NCBI GenBank assembly: GCA_045578865.1
Contig: JAZNLB010000025.1
Coordinates: 9,841 to 73,840 of the forward strand
DNA length: 64,000 nt
Direction of reading: 5' to 3'
DNA from: Clostridia bacterium
Lineage (GTDB): Bacteria; Bacillota; Clostridia; UBA1381; UMGS1253
Shown piece by piece: positions 1 through 9,495 of the stretch. The position numbers were made by a program, and so were the translations under genes. The stretch's first letter is position 1, and the number at the start of each line of letters is the position of its first letter. The notes under the pieces were generated by a model. The model worked only from the letters and a program-made list of their open reading frames with translations, was not told where the DNA came from and made no database searches.

Positions 1-1
1 T

Positions 2-127
2 ATTCATAAACGCGAAGGTTTCCGCCATACCTGTGTAACGGCGGCATCGTGTGTCGGTCAAATTTGCGGTCTTGGCAAATACGGCTATGTATTGGCGGTG
101 CAGGCGCTGTCGGAGGCGAATAAATGA
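2..127 (+). CDS. aroQ: 3-dehydroquinate dehydratase type II, C-terminal fragment (gene begins upstream of the window)
   Basis: Frame 2 reads [41 protein letters not shown]. This resembles the conserved C-terminal H-x-R-E-x-F-R-H ... ICG-G block of type II dehydroquinases. The stop overlaps the next start (ATGA). The aroQ-pepP-efp order matches Bacillus. Confidence 0.6.
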   Translation: MHKREGFRHTCVTAASCVGQICGLGKYGYVLAVQALSEANK

Positions 128-1164
128 ACGGCAGAATACAGGCGCTGACGAAATCGCTTTCCAAAACCGAAGCCTACTATATTACGGACGAAAAGTGTGT
201 GCGTTATTATAGCGGATTTGCAGGCGAGGGCACTTTGCTTGTTTCGCCGGACGCGTGCGTTTTGTTTACAGATTCACGCTATACGGAAGCTGCGGGCAAG
301 CAAACAGATGCACAGGTTTATGATACTGCCGGAGGGCTTAAAAATGGTATTCCGTCGGGAATAGAACGCATTATGATTTGTGAGCAACATATTACACTTG
401 CACAGCATAATCATTTAAAAACACTTTTGCCTGAGATTGAATTTGCGCCAGACGCCGGCGTGATTTTGCAGTCGCGAATTATTAAGGAAAAGGCTGAACT
501 TGCTGCAATAAAAAAGGCATCGTCCATTGCAGAGTTTGCGTACGAAAATCTTTTAAACCATGTACGCGTCGGTGTGACAGAAAATGAGTTGGCAATGGAG
601 TTTGAATGGATGTGCCGGAAAAGCGGTGCGGAAGGTTTGAGCTTTGATATGATTGTTGCAAGCGGACCAAACTCGTCTATGCCACATGCAACCACAACGG
701 ACAGAGCACTTGTGCGAGGGGATTTTATCACATTTGATTTTGGCTGCGTGTATGACGGCTATTGCTCGGATATGACACGCACCGTAGCGCTTGGGTGCTG
801 CTCGGACGCACAGCGCGAGGTTTATGATATTGTGCTTTCCGCGCAGCTTGCAGGACTTGCGGCGGTAAAAGCAGGCGCATCGTGTTCAAGTGTAGATGCT
901 TCGGCGCGCAATGTGATTGCTGCAGCTGGCTATGGAGAAAATTTTGGCCACGCACTCGGACATGGTGTGGGCTTGGATATACACGAGATGCCGAATTTGT
1001 CACCAAAATCCAACATAATCTTACAAGATGGCATGGTGGTTACGGTAGAACCGGGCATCTATTTGCCGGGTGAATTTGGGGTGCGGATAGAGGATTTGGT
1101 AGTTGTAAACGGATTTGAATGTGAAATTCTTACAAAAAATAGCAAAGAATTGCGTATAATTTAA
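124..1164 (+). CDS. pepP: M24 family Xaa-Pro aminopeptidase
   Basis: 346-aa ORF with pita-bread fold metal ligand motifs ([48 protein letters not shown]). It sits directly upstream of efp, as in Bacillus yqhT. Confidence 0.9.
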   Translation: MNGRIQALTKSLSKTEAYYITDEKCVRYYSGFAGEGTLLVSPDACVLFTDSRYTEAAGKQTDAQVYDTAGGLKNGIPSGIERIMICEQHITLAQHNHLKTLLPEIEFAPDAGVILQSRIIKEKAELAAIKKASSIAEFAYENLLNHVRVGVTENELAMEFEWMCRKSGAEGLSFDMIVASGPNSSMPHATTTDRALVRGDFITFDFGCVYDGYCSDMTRTVALGCCSDAQREVYDIVLSAQLAGLAAVKAGASCSSVDASARNVIAAAGYGENFGHALGHGVGLDIHEMPNLSPKSNIILQDGMVVTVEPGIYLPGEFGVRIEDLVVVNGFECEILTKNSKELRII

Positions 1165-1236
1165 AAAAAGACTTGTATTTTTTTGAGTTTTAATATACAA
1201 TATGTTAGGATAAATTAGCATTTGGAGGTAAGATAT

Positions 1237-1794
1237 ATGATTTCAGCAGGTGATTTTAGAAACGGTGTAACTTTTGAAGAAAACGGTAATGTTTTCCAGG
1301 TTGTAGAATTTCAGCATGTAAAGCCGGGTAAGGGCGCAGCGTTCGTAAGAACGAAGCTTAAGAATGTAATTACCGGCGGCGTAGTGGAAAAGACTTACAG
1401 ACCGACAGAAAAAATGCCGAAGGCACACATTGAGCGCAAGGATTATGAGTATTCCTACTCGGATGGCGATTTGTACTATTTCATGGATCAGGAAAGTTTT
1501 GAACTTATGCCGCTTTCCGCAGATCAACTTGGCGATGCGCTTAAATTCGTTACTGAGAATATGCCGGTTAAGGTACTCAGTTATAAGGGTAATGTATTCG
1601 GTGTAGAACCGCCGACATTCGTAGAGCTAGATGTTATTGAAACAGAACCGGGCGTAAAGGGTGATACAGCTACAAATGTAACCAAGCCGGCTACTGTGGA
1701 AACAGGTGCTACGATTTTTGTACCGCTGTTTGTAAACCAGGGCGACAGGATCAGAATTGATACACGCACCGGGGAGTATATGGAACGCGTATAA
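1237..1794 (+). CDS. efp: translation elongation factor P
   Basis: [14 protein letters not shown]...[17 protein letters not shown] is a canonical EF-P N-terminus with the KPGKG loop. GGAGG lies 8 nt upstream of the ATG at 1237. The track ORF start at 1222 sits inside the RBS. Confidence 0.97.
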   Translation: MISAGDFRNGVTFEENGNVFQVVEFQHVKPGKGAAFVRTKLKNVITGGVVEKTYRPTEKMPKAHIERKDYEYSYSDGDLYYFMDQESFELMPLSADQLGDALKFVTENMPVKVLSYKGNVFGVEPPTFVELDVIETEPGVKGDTATNVTKPATVETGATIFVPLFVNQGDRIRIDTRTGEYMERV

Positions 1795-1867
1795 TGGAAA
1801 TAATAAACTTTGCGGTTTGAAACCGTTAAAGAAATGGCCGCTATCCGCGGCAGAAACGGAGATAAAT

Positions 1868-2302
1868 ATGGAGAATATTGTAAAGAAAGTTGCATACTTG
1901 CAGGGTCTTGTTGACGGTTTGGAAATCAGTGATAAGACGGATGAAGGAAAAGTGCTTCTCAAGATTGTTGAACTTTTGGACGATATGGCTGAAGCGATTG
2001 ATGAATTGGCTGCAGAGCAGGAAGAACTCATGGAGCAAGTAGATGAAATTGATGAAGATCTTGCGGCAGTAGAAGATGACCTCTATGATGATGACTGTGA
2101 TTGCGACGATTGCGATTGCGATTGCGATGATGACATGGAGTATTATGAAATCGAATGCCCGAGCTGCAAGGAAATCATTTACCTCGACGAGGATATTTTC
2201 GATACGGATGCACCGATTGAGTGCCCGAACTGCGGTCAGGAAATCGAACTCGATTTTGACTGTGATTGCGAGGATTGCGATTGCGGTTGCGACGAAGAGT
2301 AA
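1868..2302 (+). CDS. acidic Asp/Cys-rich zinc-ribbon protein of unknown function
   Basis: ATG at 1868 is preceded by ACGGAG. The 144-aa product has an acidic helical N-half, then DDDCDCDDCDCDCDDD, then two CPxC pairs (ECPSC..ECPNC), then DFDCDCEDCDCGCDEE. A terminator follows. Confidence 0.75.
   Translation: MENIVKKVAYLQGLVDGLEISDKTDEGKVLLKIVELLDDMAEAIDELAAEQEELMEQVDEIDEDLAAVEDDLYDDDCDCDDCDCDCDDDMEYYEIECPSCKEIIYLDEDIFDTDAPIECPNCGQEIELDFDCDCEDCDCGCDEE
2099..2128 (+). repeat. in-frame GATTGC hexanucleotide tract (perfect x3 at 2108-2125 plus an imperfect flanking copy) encoding (Asp-Cys)n
   Basis: Direct reading: gattgc gac gattgc gattgc gattgc gat. Confidence 0.9.
2264..2290 (+). repeat. second GATTGC-type tract (gattgc gag gattgc gattgc ggttgc) encoding the C-terminal DC repeats
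   Basis: Direct reading of the sequence. It uses the same 6-mer unit as 2099-2128. Confidence 0.85.
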
Positions 2303-2314
2303 GTTAAAAATTAT

Positions 2315-2347
2315 AAAACCCCTTATCTGTGAGGATAAGGGGTTTTT
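2315..2347 (+). terminator. rho-independent terminator after the Asp/Cys-rich gene
   Basis: The stem aaaaccccttatc / gataaggggtttt (13 bp) is followed by a T-run. Confidence 0.85.
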
Positions 2348-2421
2348 GGTTGTTTGTATTCTTTTTGGATTGCGCCCATAAATTTTATAAAATAATCCTA
2401 TCAAATTACAATAGTGTTTCT

Positions 2422-2460
2422 AAAAAATGAGTGAAAGCACGACACTTTCACTCATTTTTT
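2422..2460 (-). terminator. bidirectional hairpin terminator abutting the 3' end of tRNA-Arg
   Basis: The stem atgagtgaaag / ctttcactcat is flanked by A-run and T-run on both sides. Confidence 0.8.
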
Positions 2461-2537
2461 TGGTACGCCTGATGCGATTCGAACGCACGACCTCCAGAGT
2501 CGGAGTCTGACACTCTATCCAGCTGAGCTACAGGCGC
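2461..2537 (-). tRNA. tRNA-Arg (anticodon CCG), CCA encoded
   Basis: The reverse complement GCGCCTGTAGCTCAGCTGGATAGAGTGTCAGACTCCGACTCTGGAGGTCGTGCGTTCGAATCGCATCAGGCGTACCA folds as a 77-nt cloverleaf. The anticodon loop is CTCCGAC and the T-loop is TTCGAAT. Confidence 0.9.
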
Positions 2538-2554
2538 ATAAATATGCGATAATA

Positions 2555-2583
2555 AGTTTACAGCTTTTTATATGTTTTGTCAA
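2555..2583 (-). promoter_or_regulatory. sigma-A type promoter for tRNA-Arg
   Basis: On the minus strand, TTGACA-N17-TAAACT ends about 17 nt upstream of the mature tRNA 5' end. Confidence 0.6.
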
Positions 2584-2646
2584 GAGAATTGTAGGGAAAA
2601 CAGTAAAACAAACCGCTGAAAATGACAATAAAATGTATCAATTCGT

Positions 2647-2675
2647 TTGACTTGTGTTAATAAATATGGTATGAT
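2647..2675 (+). promoter_or_regulatory. sigma-A type promoter for the yybS-gdpP-rplI-dnaB cluster
   Basis: TTGACT-N17-TATGAT. Confidence 0.55.
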
Positions 2676-2729
2676 AAATATAATTATAATTTAGTATGGG
2701 TTTTTGTGCCGTTTTAAAAAAAGGATGTG

Positions 2730-3644
2730 ATGGCATTGGAACAAAATAAGCGTGTGACGCGCGGTGAAATTGCGCTGACCTATATAGCATTGATAGCTTT
2801 GAGCTTCACGGCGTTGACCGTTGGATTTTATGCATTCATTTTTTCGTTGTTTGTGCCTGTATTGCTTGGTTACACACTGGTGCGTGCCGGTTTAAGGCAT
2901 GCGCTTTTGCAGGCAGGACTGTTTGTTTTGTTTTTCAGTTTTATGCACGAAGGGTTTTATGTGCCAGTATTTGTGCCGCTGTTTTCCGGTATTGCTGCTG
3001 GAATGTGTGTGTGCAGACGCAAATCAATATTGTATACGGTTTCGATGACCACAATCATGATGCTTGCGGCAGAAGTTATTTTATATTTTCTGGATGCGTT
3101 TCGTGCAGATTCTCAGTTGCATTTTGCACAGGGATTTGCTGAGCAAAGTGCTCAGATGATTCAGCAACTCGGTTTCGGGGCAAGAGAGAGCGCACTGCTG
3201 TTGGAAATGTTGCAGGTATACATGCCTGCGATATTGCTAATGTCTTTGGCGGCTCAAGCATATGGGATTTTATTCTTCCTGCGAATATTCATTCGTAAAA
3301 AAGAACCTGAGCTTGCAGCGCGCTATCCGCGCTTTCGTGATTTGTATGTGTCGCGCGGTTGTATGTTTGTTTGGATATTGGCATGGATAATTGGCCTGTT
3401 GGGTGACGGCGTATTTGCAACCGCGATGGCGAACCTGGCGGTGATACTGAGTAGTTATATTATTATTTGCGGCTTCGCAGTTATGGTGTTTTTTATATTG
3501 CGTGTTCGCTCAACGCTTGTTCGGATTTTGTTTATTTTAGCGATTCTGTGGATGTTTTCGTTTTTAGCGCCGATTGCGTTTATAGTCGGCACATTGGATA
3601 GAACCTTTCATTTTCGTACAAGAAAGAGAGGCAATGAGGAATGA
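2730..3644 (+). CDS. yybS: polytopic membrane protein, YybS/DUF2232-like
   Basis: The hydrophobic multi-TM product sits immediately upstream of gdpP-rplI-dnaB, matching the Bacillus yybS-yybT-rplI-dnaC arrangement. Its stop overlaps the gdpP start. Confidence 0.7.
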   Translation: MALEQNKRVTRGEIALTYIALIALSFTALTVGFYAFIFSLFVPVLLGYTLVRAGLRHALLQAGLFVLFFSFMHEGFYVPVFVPLFSGIAAGMCVCRRKSILYTVSMTTIMMLAAEVILYFLDAFRADSQLHFAQGFAEQSAQMIQQLGFGARESALLLEMLQVYMPAILLMSLAAQAYGILFFLRIFIRKKEPELAARYPRFRDLYVSRGCMFVWILAWIIGLLGDGVFATAMANLAVILSSYIIICGFAVMVFFILRVRSTLVRILFILAILWMFSFLAPIAFIVGTLDRTFHFRTRKRGNEE

Positions 3645-5644
3645 AAAGCAAATACTTTTTGAGGAGACTCAACGGAGCAACGAGCGTGGCACAGTGGTGC
3701 GTTCTGATATGTGCGGTGCTTACATTTATTGCAAGTCCTGCACAGTATGGACTTGCGATTGCTGAAGCAATTTTATTTTTAGTGCTGGTATGCTTAAATT
3801 TTTTGGAAAAGAAATATCGTGCGCGTGATGTTGCGGACTATGCAGAAAAGCTCAGTGAGCACATGGACTCCGCGACAAAAGACTCTCTTGTTAATTTTCC
3901 GTTTCCCATGGTGGTTACCCAGCTCGACGGTAAGGTGTCGTGGTATAATCAGGGATTTGCTAAAATTGTTTCGGGCGAATCTTTGTTTGAAAGATACATC
4001 ATGGAAATCGTGGAGGACCTCAAATGGAGTGATGTGCTGCGTATGCGGGAGGGCATTACGCTCGATGTTACCTATAACGGCAATGAATACAGCGTTTCTG
4101 GCAACATCATTAAGCCGGACCGTAAACATGAAAATGATTATCTTGTTTTACTTTACTGGCTCGATGTTACACAGACGAATACACTTAAACGAAAATATTT
4201 AGATGAAAAAACGGATGTTGCCGTGATTATGTTTGACAATTACGATGACATTTTAAACAATATGGAGGATACGGCAAAGCCGCAGCTGATTTCTGCATTT
4301 GACCGCAAGGTAAATGATTGGGTTTCAGGCATTTCCGGTATTTTGAAAAAAACGGAGCGTGATCGCTATCTGTTTTTGTTTGAACATCGTTATCTTCAAA
4401 AGCTGATTGACCGTAAATTTGAAATTTTGGAGCAGGTGCGTGAACTCAACGAGGGAAATAAAGTGCCCGCAACAGTCAGCATCGGTATCGGCACCGGCGC
4501 AGAAAATCTCACGGCAAACGATGCTTATGCGCGTATGGCGCTGGATATGGCACTTGGTCGCGGTGGTGACCAGGCGGTTATCAAAGATGAGGCACAGTTT
4601 AAGTTTTTCGGCGGAACGACAAAGGAACACGAAAAGAGTACGCGTGTAAAATCTAGAGTTATAGCCTATGCACTTTGTCAGTTAATCGAAAATAAACAGC
4701 GCATTGTTTTAATGGGGCACAGGATGCCGGACTTTGATGTCGTTGGCGCTGCCATTGGTTTATCCCGTGTGGCAAAGAATAGAAGGAAGCCTGTATATGT
4801 TGTGTGCGGTGAACATGGACACGGGGTCGAAAGTGTATTGGAAATGATGCGTAAACAGGAAGATTGCGAAGGTATGTTTGTATTGCCGCAAGACGCAGAT
4901 GCACTTGTGGATGAAAATACACTTCTCATCATTGTCGATACACACAGACCGAGCAGAACAGAAAATGAGGCATTGCTTTCAAAAGCCGGCGAAATTGTTT
5001 TGATTGACCATCACCGCAGAAGTACCGAATTTATTGAAAACTGCTCTTTGGTATATCATGAACCGTATGCGTCATCTACTTCGGAGATGGTAGCGGAACT
5101 TTTGCAATATACAGATAGCCGCGTGAAACTTACCAAGGCGGAGGCAGAGGCAATTTATGCAGGTATTTGTCTGGATACGAAGCATTTTACATTTAAAACA
5201 GGTGTTCGCACCTTTGATGCAGCATCATTTTTACGAAAACACGGTGTAGACACTGTTGCGGTTAAAAAAATGTTTCAGTCGGATTTGCAACAATATAACA
5301 GCCGCAATACGATCATCAGCCGTATGGAGATGGTATATGACAATGTTGCCGTTTCTGTATGCGAGGAAGAAATGGAAAATGTTAATATTTTAGCGGCACA
5401 GGCTGCTGATGAAATGCTCAATTTAGACGGCGTAGAATGTTCGTTTGCCATTGTGCGTATAGAGGACACAACCTTTATCAGCGGTCGCTCTTGGGGACAA
5501 ATCAATGTGCAGGTTATTTTGGAAAAACTCGGTGGCGGAGGACATTTGACTGTTGCCGGTGCACAACTTGAGCAGACACCACAAGAGGCCAAGAAAATGC
5601 TGGTAGAGGCGTTGGAGTCTTATTTTAGCGAACAAAGCAAATAA
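3641..5644 (+). CDS. gdpP: cyclic-di-AMP phosphodiesterase GdpP (2 TM + PAS-like + degenerate GGDEF + DHH/DHHA1)
   Basis: The 667-aa product has two N-terminal TM helices, DHH motifs (MGHRMPDFDVVGAA, IVDTHRP, IDHH) and a DHHA1 GGGH motif (LGGGGHLTVAGAQ). Synteny with rplI supports the call. Confidence 0.9.
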   Translation: MKSKYFLRRLNGATSVAQWCVLICAVLTFIASPAQYGLAIAEAILFLVLVCLNFLEKKYRARDVADYAEKLSEHMDSATKDSLVNFPFPMVVTQLDGKVSWYNQGFAKIVSGESLFERYIMEIVEDLKWSDVLRMREGITLDVTYNGNEYSVSGNIIKPDRKHENDYLVLLYWLDVTQTNTLKRKYLDEKTDVAVIMFDNYDDILNNMEDTAKPQLISAFDRKVNDWVSGISGILKKTERDRYLFLFEHRYLQKLIDRKFEILEQVRELNEGNKVPATVSIGIGTGAENLTANDAYARMALDMALGRGGDQAVIKDEAQFKFFGGTTKEHEKSTRVKSRVIAYALCQLIENKQRIVLMGHRMPDFDVVGAAIGLSRVAKNRRKPVYVVCGEHGHGVESVLEMMRKQEDCEGMFVLPQDADALVDENTLLIIVDTHRPSRTENEALLSKAGEIVLIDHHRRSTEFIENCSLVYHEPYASSTSEMVAELLQYTDSRVKLTKAEAEAIYAGICLDTKHFTFKTGVRTFDAASFLRKHGVDTVAVKKMFQSDLQQYNSRNTIISRMEMVYDNVAVSVCEEEMENVNILAAQAADEMLNLDGVECSFAIVRIEDTTFISGRSWGQINVQVILEKLGGGGHLTVAGAQLEQTPQEAKKMLVEALESYFSEQSK

Positions 5645-5665
5645 GGAATATCGGAGGGGCGCAAG

Positions 5666-6112
5666 ATGAAAGTAATTTTTTTACAAGATGTAAAAGGTCA
5701 AGGCAAGAAAGGCGAAATCAAGGAAGTGTCGGACGGATATGCCCGCAACTTTCTTTTGGGGCGCAAATTGGCGATTGAGGCGACCAATAGTAATTTAAAT
5801 GATATTCGTGGTAAAAAAGAAGCGGATGTGTTCCATAAAGGGCAGGAACTGGAACAGGCAAAATCGCTCAAAGAAAAAATCGACGGCATGAGCGTTAAAC
5901 TGACTGCAAAAGCCGGAGAGAACGGCAAACTTTTTGGCTCGATAACAAATAAAGATGTTGCACAAGCGCTGAAAATGCAGCAACATATTGTGATAGACAA
6001 GAAAAAAATCTATATGCCGGATGGCATTAAGCAAGTGGGAACTATGCAGGTGGAAGTGCGTATTTACCCTGAGGTAGTTGCTACATTAAAAGTGGTTGTA
6101 GTTGCACAGTAA
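5666..6112 (+). CDS. rplI: 50S ribosomal protein L9
   Basis: [30 protein letters not shown] is a canonical L9 N-terminus. Confidence 0.96.
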   Translation: MKVIFLQDVKGQGKKGEIKEVSDGYARNFLLGRKLAIEATNSNLNDIRGKKEADVFHKGQELEQAKSLKEKIDGMSVKLTAKAGENGKLFGSITNKDVAQALKMQQHIVIDKKKIYMPDGIKQVGTMQVEVRIYPEVVATLKVVVVAQ

Positions 6113-6124
6113 GAGGGATGAATT

Positions 6125-7468
6125 ATGGATTTAGCAGGTAGAACAATGCCTTATAGCATGGAGGCGGAGCAATCCGTCCTCGGTGCGATTTTAATCGACA
6201 GAAACTGTATTGCGGTTGCAAGTGAAATTATCCGTGCAGATGATTTTTACTTTGAGCATAATCGTGTGATTTTTGCTACAATGCAGGATTTGTTTAATGT
6301 GAATATGCCGATAGACTTGGTTACGGTTACGGATGCGCTAAAGAAAAACGGTCAACTGGAAGCTATTGGCGGTATTGCGTATTTATCCAATATGGCGGCG
6401 AGTGTGCCTACGGTTACCAATGTGGTGCAGTATGCACAGATTGTATCTGAAAAGGCATTGTTACGCCGTTTGATTGGAGCAGGCGAAAATATTGTAAATA
6501 TGGGCTATGAGGCGGCAAGTGAGGCTTCTTTCATTTTAGAGCAGTCGGAAAAGCAAATTTTTGACATTCTGCAAGGCAAAGACTCCAAAAGCGTCGTTCC
6601 GATTCGCGAATTGCTGGGTGACAGTTTTAAAATGATGCAGGAAATAGCAGCAAAGAAGGGTAAAGTAACCGGTGTGCCTACCGGATTTGCATACTTAGAC
6701 CAGATGACATCGGGTTTGCAGAAAACGGACCTTGTTTTAATTGCTGCAAGACCTGCGATGGGTAAAACGAGTTTTGCCCTTAATATCGCACAAAATGCGG
6801 CAATACGAAACAATATCACAACGGCGATATTCAATTTGGAAATGTCTAAAGAGCAGCTTACAAACCGTATTATCTGTTCGGAAGCCTATGTCAGCGGATC
6901 GAAACTTAAGGATGGCACATTGGATGCGAACGACTGGATGAACATTGGTGAACATTTGGCAACACTAGAAAAGGCACCGATTTTTATTGATGATACATCT
7001 ACGGTAACGGTTGCGGAAATCAGAGCGAAGTGTCGCAGATTAAAACAACAGCACAACCTCGGTTTGGTTATAATCGATTACTTGCAGTTGATGCAAAGCG
7101 GCTCTAAATCGGACAACCGTCAAAACGAGGTTGCGGATATCTCTCGTTCGCTTAAAATTCTGGCAAAGGAAATCGAAGTGCCGATTATTTGTCTTTCGCA
7201 GTTGTCGCGCGGTCCGGAGAGTAGAACGAACAAGCGACCGATGCTTTCTGACCTTCGTGAATCCGGCGCAATTGAGCAGGATGCGGATATTGTAATGTTT
7301 TTATACAGAGATGAGTACTACAACAAAGACACGCAGGATAAAAATATTGCTGAGTGTATTGTTGCAAAGCATAGAAACGGTGAGACCGGTACAATTCGTT
7401 TGTATTGGGATGGTGCACATACAAAGTTTATGCACTGTGATGATCAACGCAGCGGTGAGGAAATTTGA
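6125..7468 (+). CDS. dnaB: replicative DNA helicase (DnaB family)
   Basis: N-terminal PYSMEAEQSVLGAIL, Walker A ARPAMGKTSF, Walker B VIIDYLQLM and the SQLSR motif are all present. Confidence 0.96.
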   Translation: MDLAGRTMPYSMEAEQSVLGAILIDRNCIAVASEIIRADDFYFEHNRVIFATMQDLFNVNMPIDLVTVTDALKKNGQLEAIGGIAYLSNMAASVPTVTNVVQYAQIVSEKALLRRLIGAGENIVNMGYEAASEASFILEQSEKQIFDILQGKDSKSVVPIRELLGDSFKMMQEIAAKKGKVTGVPTGFAYLDQMTSGLQKTDLVLIAARPAMGKTSFALNIAQNAAIRNNITTAIFNLEMSKEQLTNRIICSEAYVSGSKLKDGTLDANDWMNIGEHLATLEKAPIFIDDTSTVTVAEIRAKCRRLKQQHNLGLVIIDYLQLMQSGSKSDNRQNEVADISRSLKILAKEIEVPIICLSQLSRGPESRTNKRPMLSDLRESGAIEQDADIVMFLYRDEYYNKDTQDKNIAECIVAKHRNGETGTIRLYWDGAHTKFMHCDDQRSGEEI

Positions 7469-8844
7469 TTAACAAAGTAAAGCAATACATAGAAGAAAAC
7501 AATTTATTTGTGCCAGGTGACCGCGTTTTGGTGGCGCTTTCCGGCGGTGCGGACTCGGTGGCTTTGCTGGCGGTTCTGCTTGCGTTAAAAGAGCGTTATG
7601 ATCTTGCTGTCGCAGCGGTACATATTCATCACGGACTGCGCGGCGAAGAGGCGGAGCGTGATGCGCGATTTTGCTTGCGCCTTGCAGAGCAAGCGGGCGT
7701 GCATCTTCATCTGCATCGTGCCGATGTTCGCCTCTATGCCAAGCAAAGAAAACTCGGCATTGAAGCGGCGGCACGGGAAGTGCGTTATGCGGAGTTTGAA
7801 CGGCTTTGTGAAACGGAAGGGTATACAAAAATTGCGGTTGCACACCACGCCGATGACAATGCAGAGACGATTTTAATGCATTTGCTGCGGGGCAGCGGTA
7901 TGGATGGGCTTCGCGGGATACTTCCGAAAAGAGGCAAAATCATTCGTCCGCTTTTGTGTGTGACGCGTACAGAAATTGAAACATATTTACAAGAAAATCA
8001 ACTTTTATATATGACGGATTCAACAAATGCGGAAACTGTGTTTTTGCGAAACCGCATTCGTCATGGGCTTTTAAAAGAAATTGAAGCGCAATACAATCCG
8101 AATTTTGTAAACACTCTGACGGAAATGTCCTATTTACTAACGCGCGACAGTTTGTATCTGAATGAATGTGCACAGACGGCTTTCGCAGAGGTTTGTTTTC
8201 ATACAAGTCGCGGACTGTGTATTCGTACGAGCGCGTACAGTGCTTTGTCGGATGCGGTTGCTCTTCGAGTGATGAAAATGGCGATTGCACAAACGCTTAT
8301 GCGTAATCAGGATATTTCATTTGATACAATTAAGCGTTGTCATGCGCTTTGCAAGTCGGGAAAAGTTGGCAAGCGGATCGATTTGTCTGAGGGATTTTTT
8401 GCTTTGCTCGAGCATGACGGATTTACGCTTGCCAAGCCCAAAACTGTGCAAGATTACTGCGTACAACTGCAAATAGGGCAACGCATTTGGTTGCCTGATG
8501 TTCAAGCTTATTTGTCGGCACAGATTGTCGATGCAGCAGGAAAGGATACGGAAAATTGTGTACATTTTGATTACGACAAGCTTCCGATTCCACTCGTGTG
8601 TCGCACAAGACAACCGGGAGACATAATTCAACCCAGTGGTATGCAAGGCACAAAAAAAATGCAGGACTATTTTACAGATGCAAAGATTGCCCGTTCACGG
8701 CGTGATGCTTGGCCACTTGTGTGTGTGCACAATACGGTGCTTTGGGTTTGCGGTAAGCGCAAGTCGGCGAAGTACGCCGTAGAGGAAGACACAAAACATA
8801 TTTTGAAACTTACATATGAGGTGAAAGAACATGAGAATGGATGA
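7465..8844 (+). CDS. tilS: tRNA(Ile)-lysidine synthetase
   Basis: PP-loop SGGADS is near the N-terminus. A TTG start overlaps the dnaB stop. The tilS-hpt-ftsH order is conserved in Firmicutes. Confidence 0.9.
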   Translation: MINKVKQYIEENNLFVPGDRVLVALSGGADSVALLAVLLALKERYDLAVAAVHIHHGLRGEEAERDARFCLRLAEQAGVHLHLHRADVRLYAKQRKLGIEAAAREVRYAEFERLCETEGYTKIAVAHHADDNAETILMHLLRGSGMDGLRGILPKRGKIIRPLLCVTRTEIETYLQENQLLYMTDSTNAETVFLRNRIRHGLLKEIEAQYNPNFVNTLTEMSYLLTRDSLYLNECAQTAFAEVCFHTSRGLCIRTSAYSALSDAVALRVMKMAIAQTLMRNQDISFDTIKRCHALCKSGKVGKRIDLSEGFFALLEHDGFTLAKPKTVQDYCVQLQIGQRIWLPDVQAYLSAQIVDAAGKDTENCVHFDYDKLPIPLVCRTRQPGDIIQPSGMQGTKKMQDYFTDAKIARSRRDAWPLVCVHNTVLWVCGKRKSAKYAVEEDTKHILKLTYEVKEHENG

Positions 8845-9382
8845 AAATATGATTGAACGCAAGTTGATTGCGGAAGACGAGTTACGGGCAAAAGTTTTGC
8901 AACTTGCCAAACGCATTGATGCGGATTATGCAAAGGAAGAAGAGCTGGTTTTAATTACGCTTTTAAAGGGCGGCGTCATTTTTGCGGTAGATTTGATGCG
9001 TAACTTAACTGTGCCGGTTGAACTTGATTTTATGAGCGTTTCCAGCTACGGTGCAACCACAAAGACCTCCGGCGTTGTGAAAGTGGTTAAGGATTTGGAT
9101 GTGGATATTTCGGGCAGAAATGTATTGCTTGTAGAAGATATTATTGATTCAGGACTTACACTTTCTTATGTAAGAGATATGCTTTTGGATAGAAACCCGA
9201 AAGATTTGAAAATCTGCACGATTTTAGACAAGCCTTCACGCAGAAAGACGGAGGTGCCGATAGATTATGTCGGCTTTGAAATTCCGGATGAATTTGTAAT
9301 TGGCTATGGTCTTGATTATGCACAAAAATTCAGAAATTTGCCGTATATAGGTGTTTTAAAACGAGAAGTTTACGAAAAGTGA
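8831..9382 (+). CDS. hpt: hypoxanthine-guanine phosphoribosyltransferase
   Basis: The PRPP-binding motif VLLVEDIIDSGLT is present. GAGGTG lies 7 nt upstream of the ATG. Confidence 0.92.
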   Translation: MRMDENMIERKLIAEDELRAKVLQLAKRIDADYAKEEELVLITLLKGGVIFAVDLMRNLTVPVELDFMSVSSYGATTKTSGVVKVVKDLDVDISGRNVLLVEDIIDSGLTLSYVRDMLLDRNPKDLKICTILDKPSRRKTEVPIDYVGFEIPDEFVIGYGLDYAQKFRNLPYIGVLKREVYEK

Positions 9383-9495
9383 TTCTAATTATAAACAAGT
9401 TGTGAAGAATTATAAAAAAATGTGTAATTGAGATGAATGTGTGGTAAAATGTATAAGTCGTATACATATTTGACTGTTATGGAGGCGAGAAAAAT

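Noticed and set aside
1795-1867. Short palindromes (CGGTTTgAAACCG, GCCGCtatccGCGGC) between efp and the Asp/Cys-rich gene, considered as an attenuator.
   Set aside because: The stems are only 5 to 6 bp, with no following U-run and no alternative pairing evident. This is compatible with chance in a 73-nt spacer.
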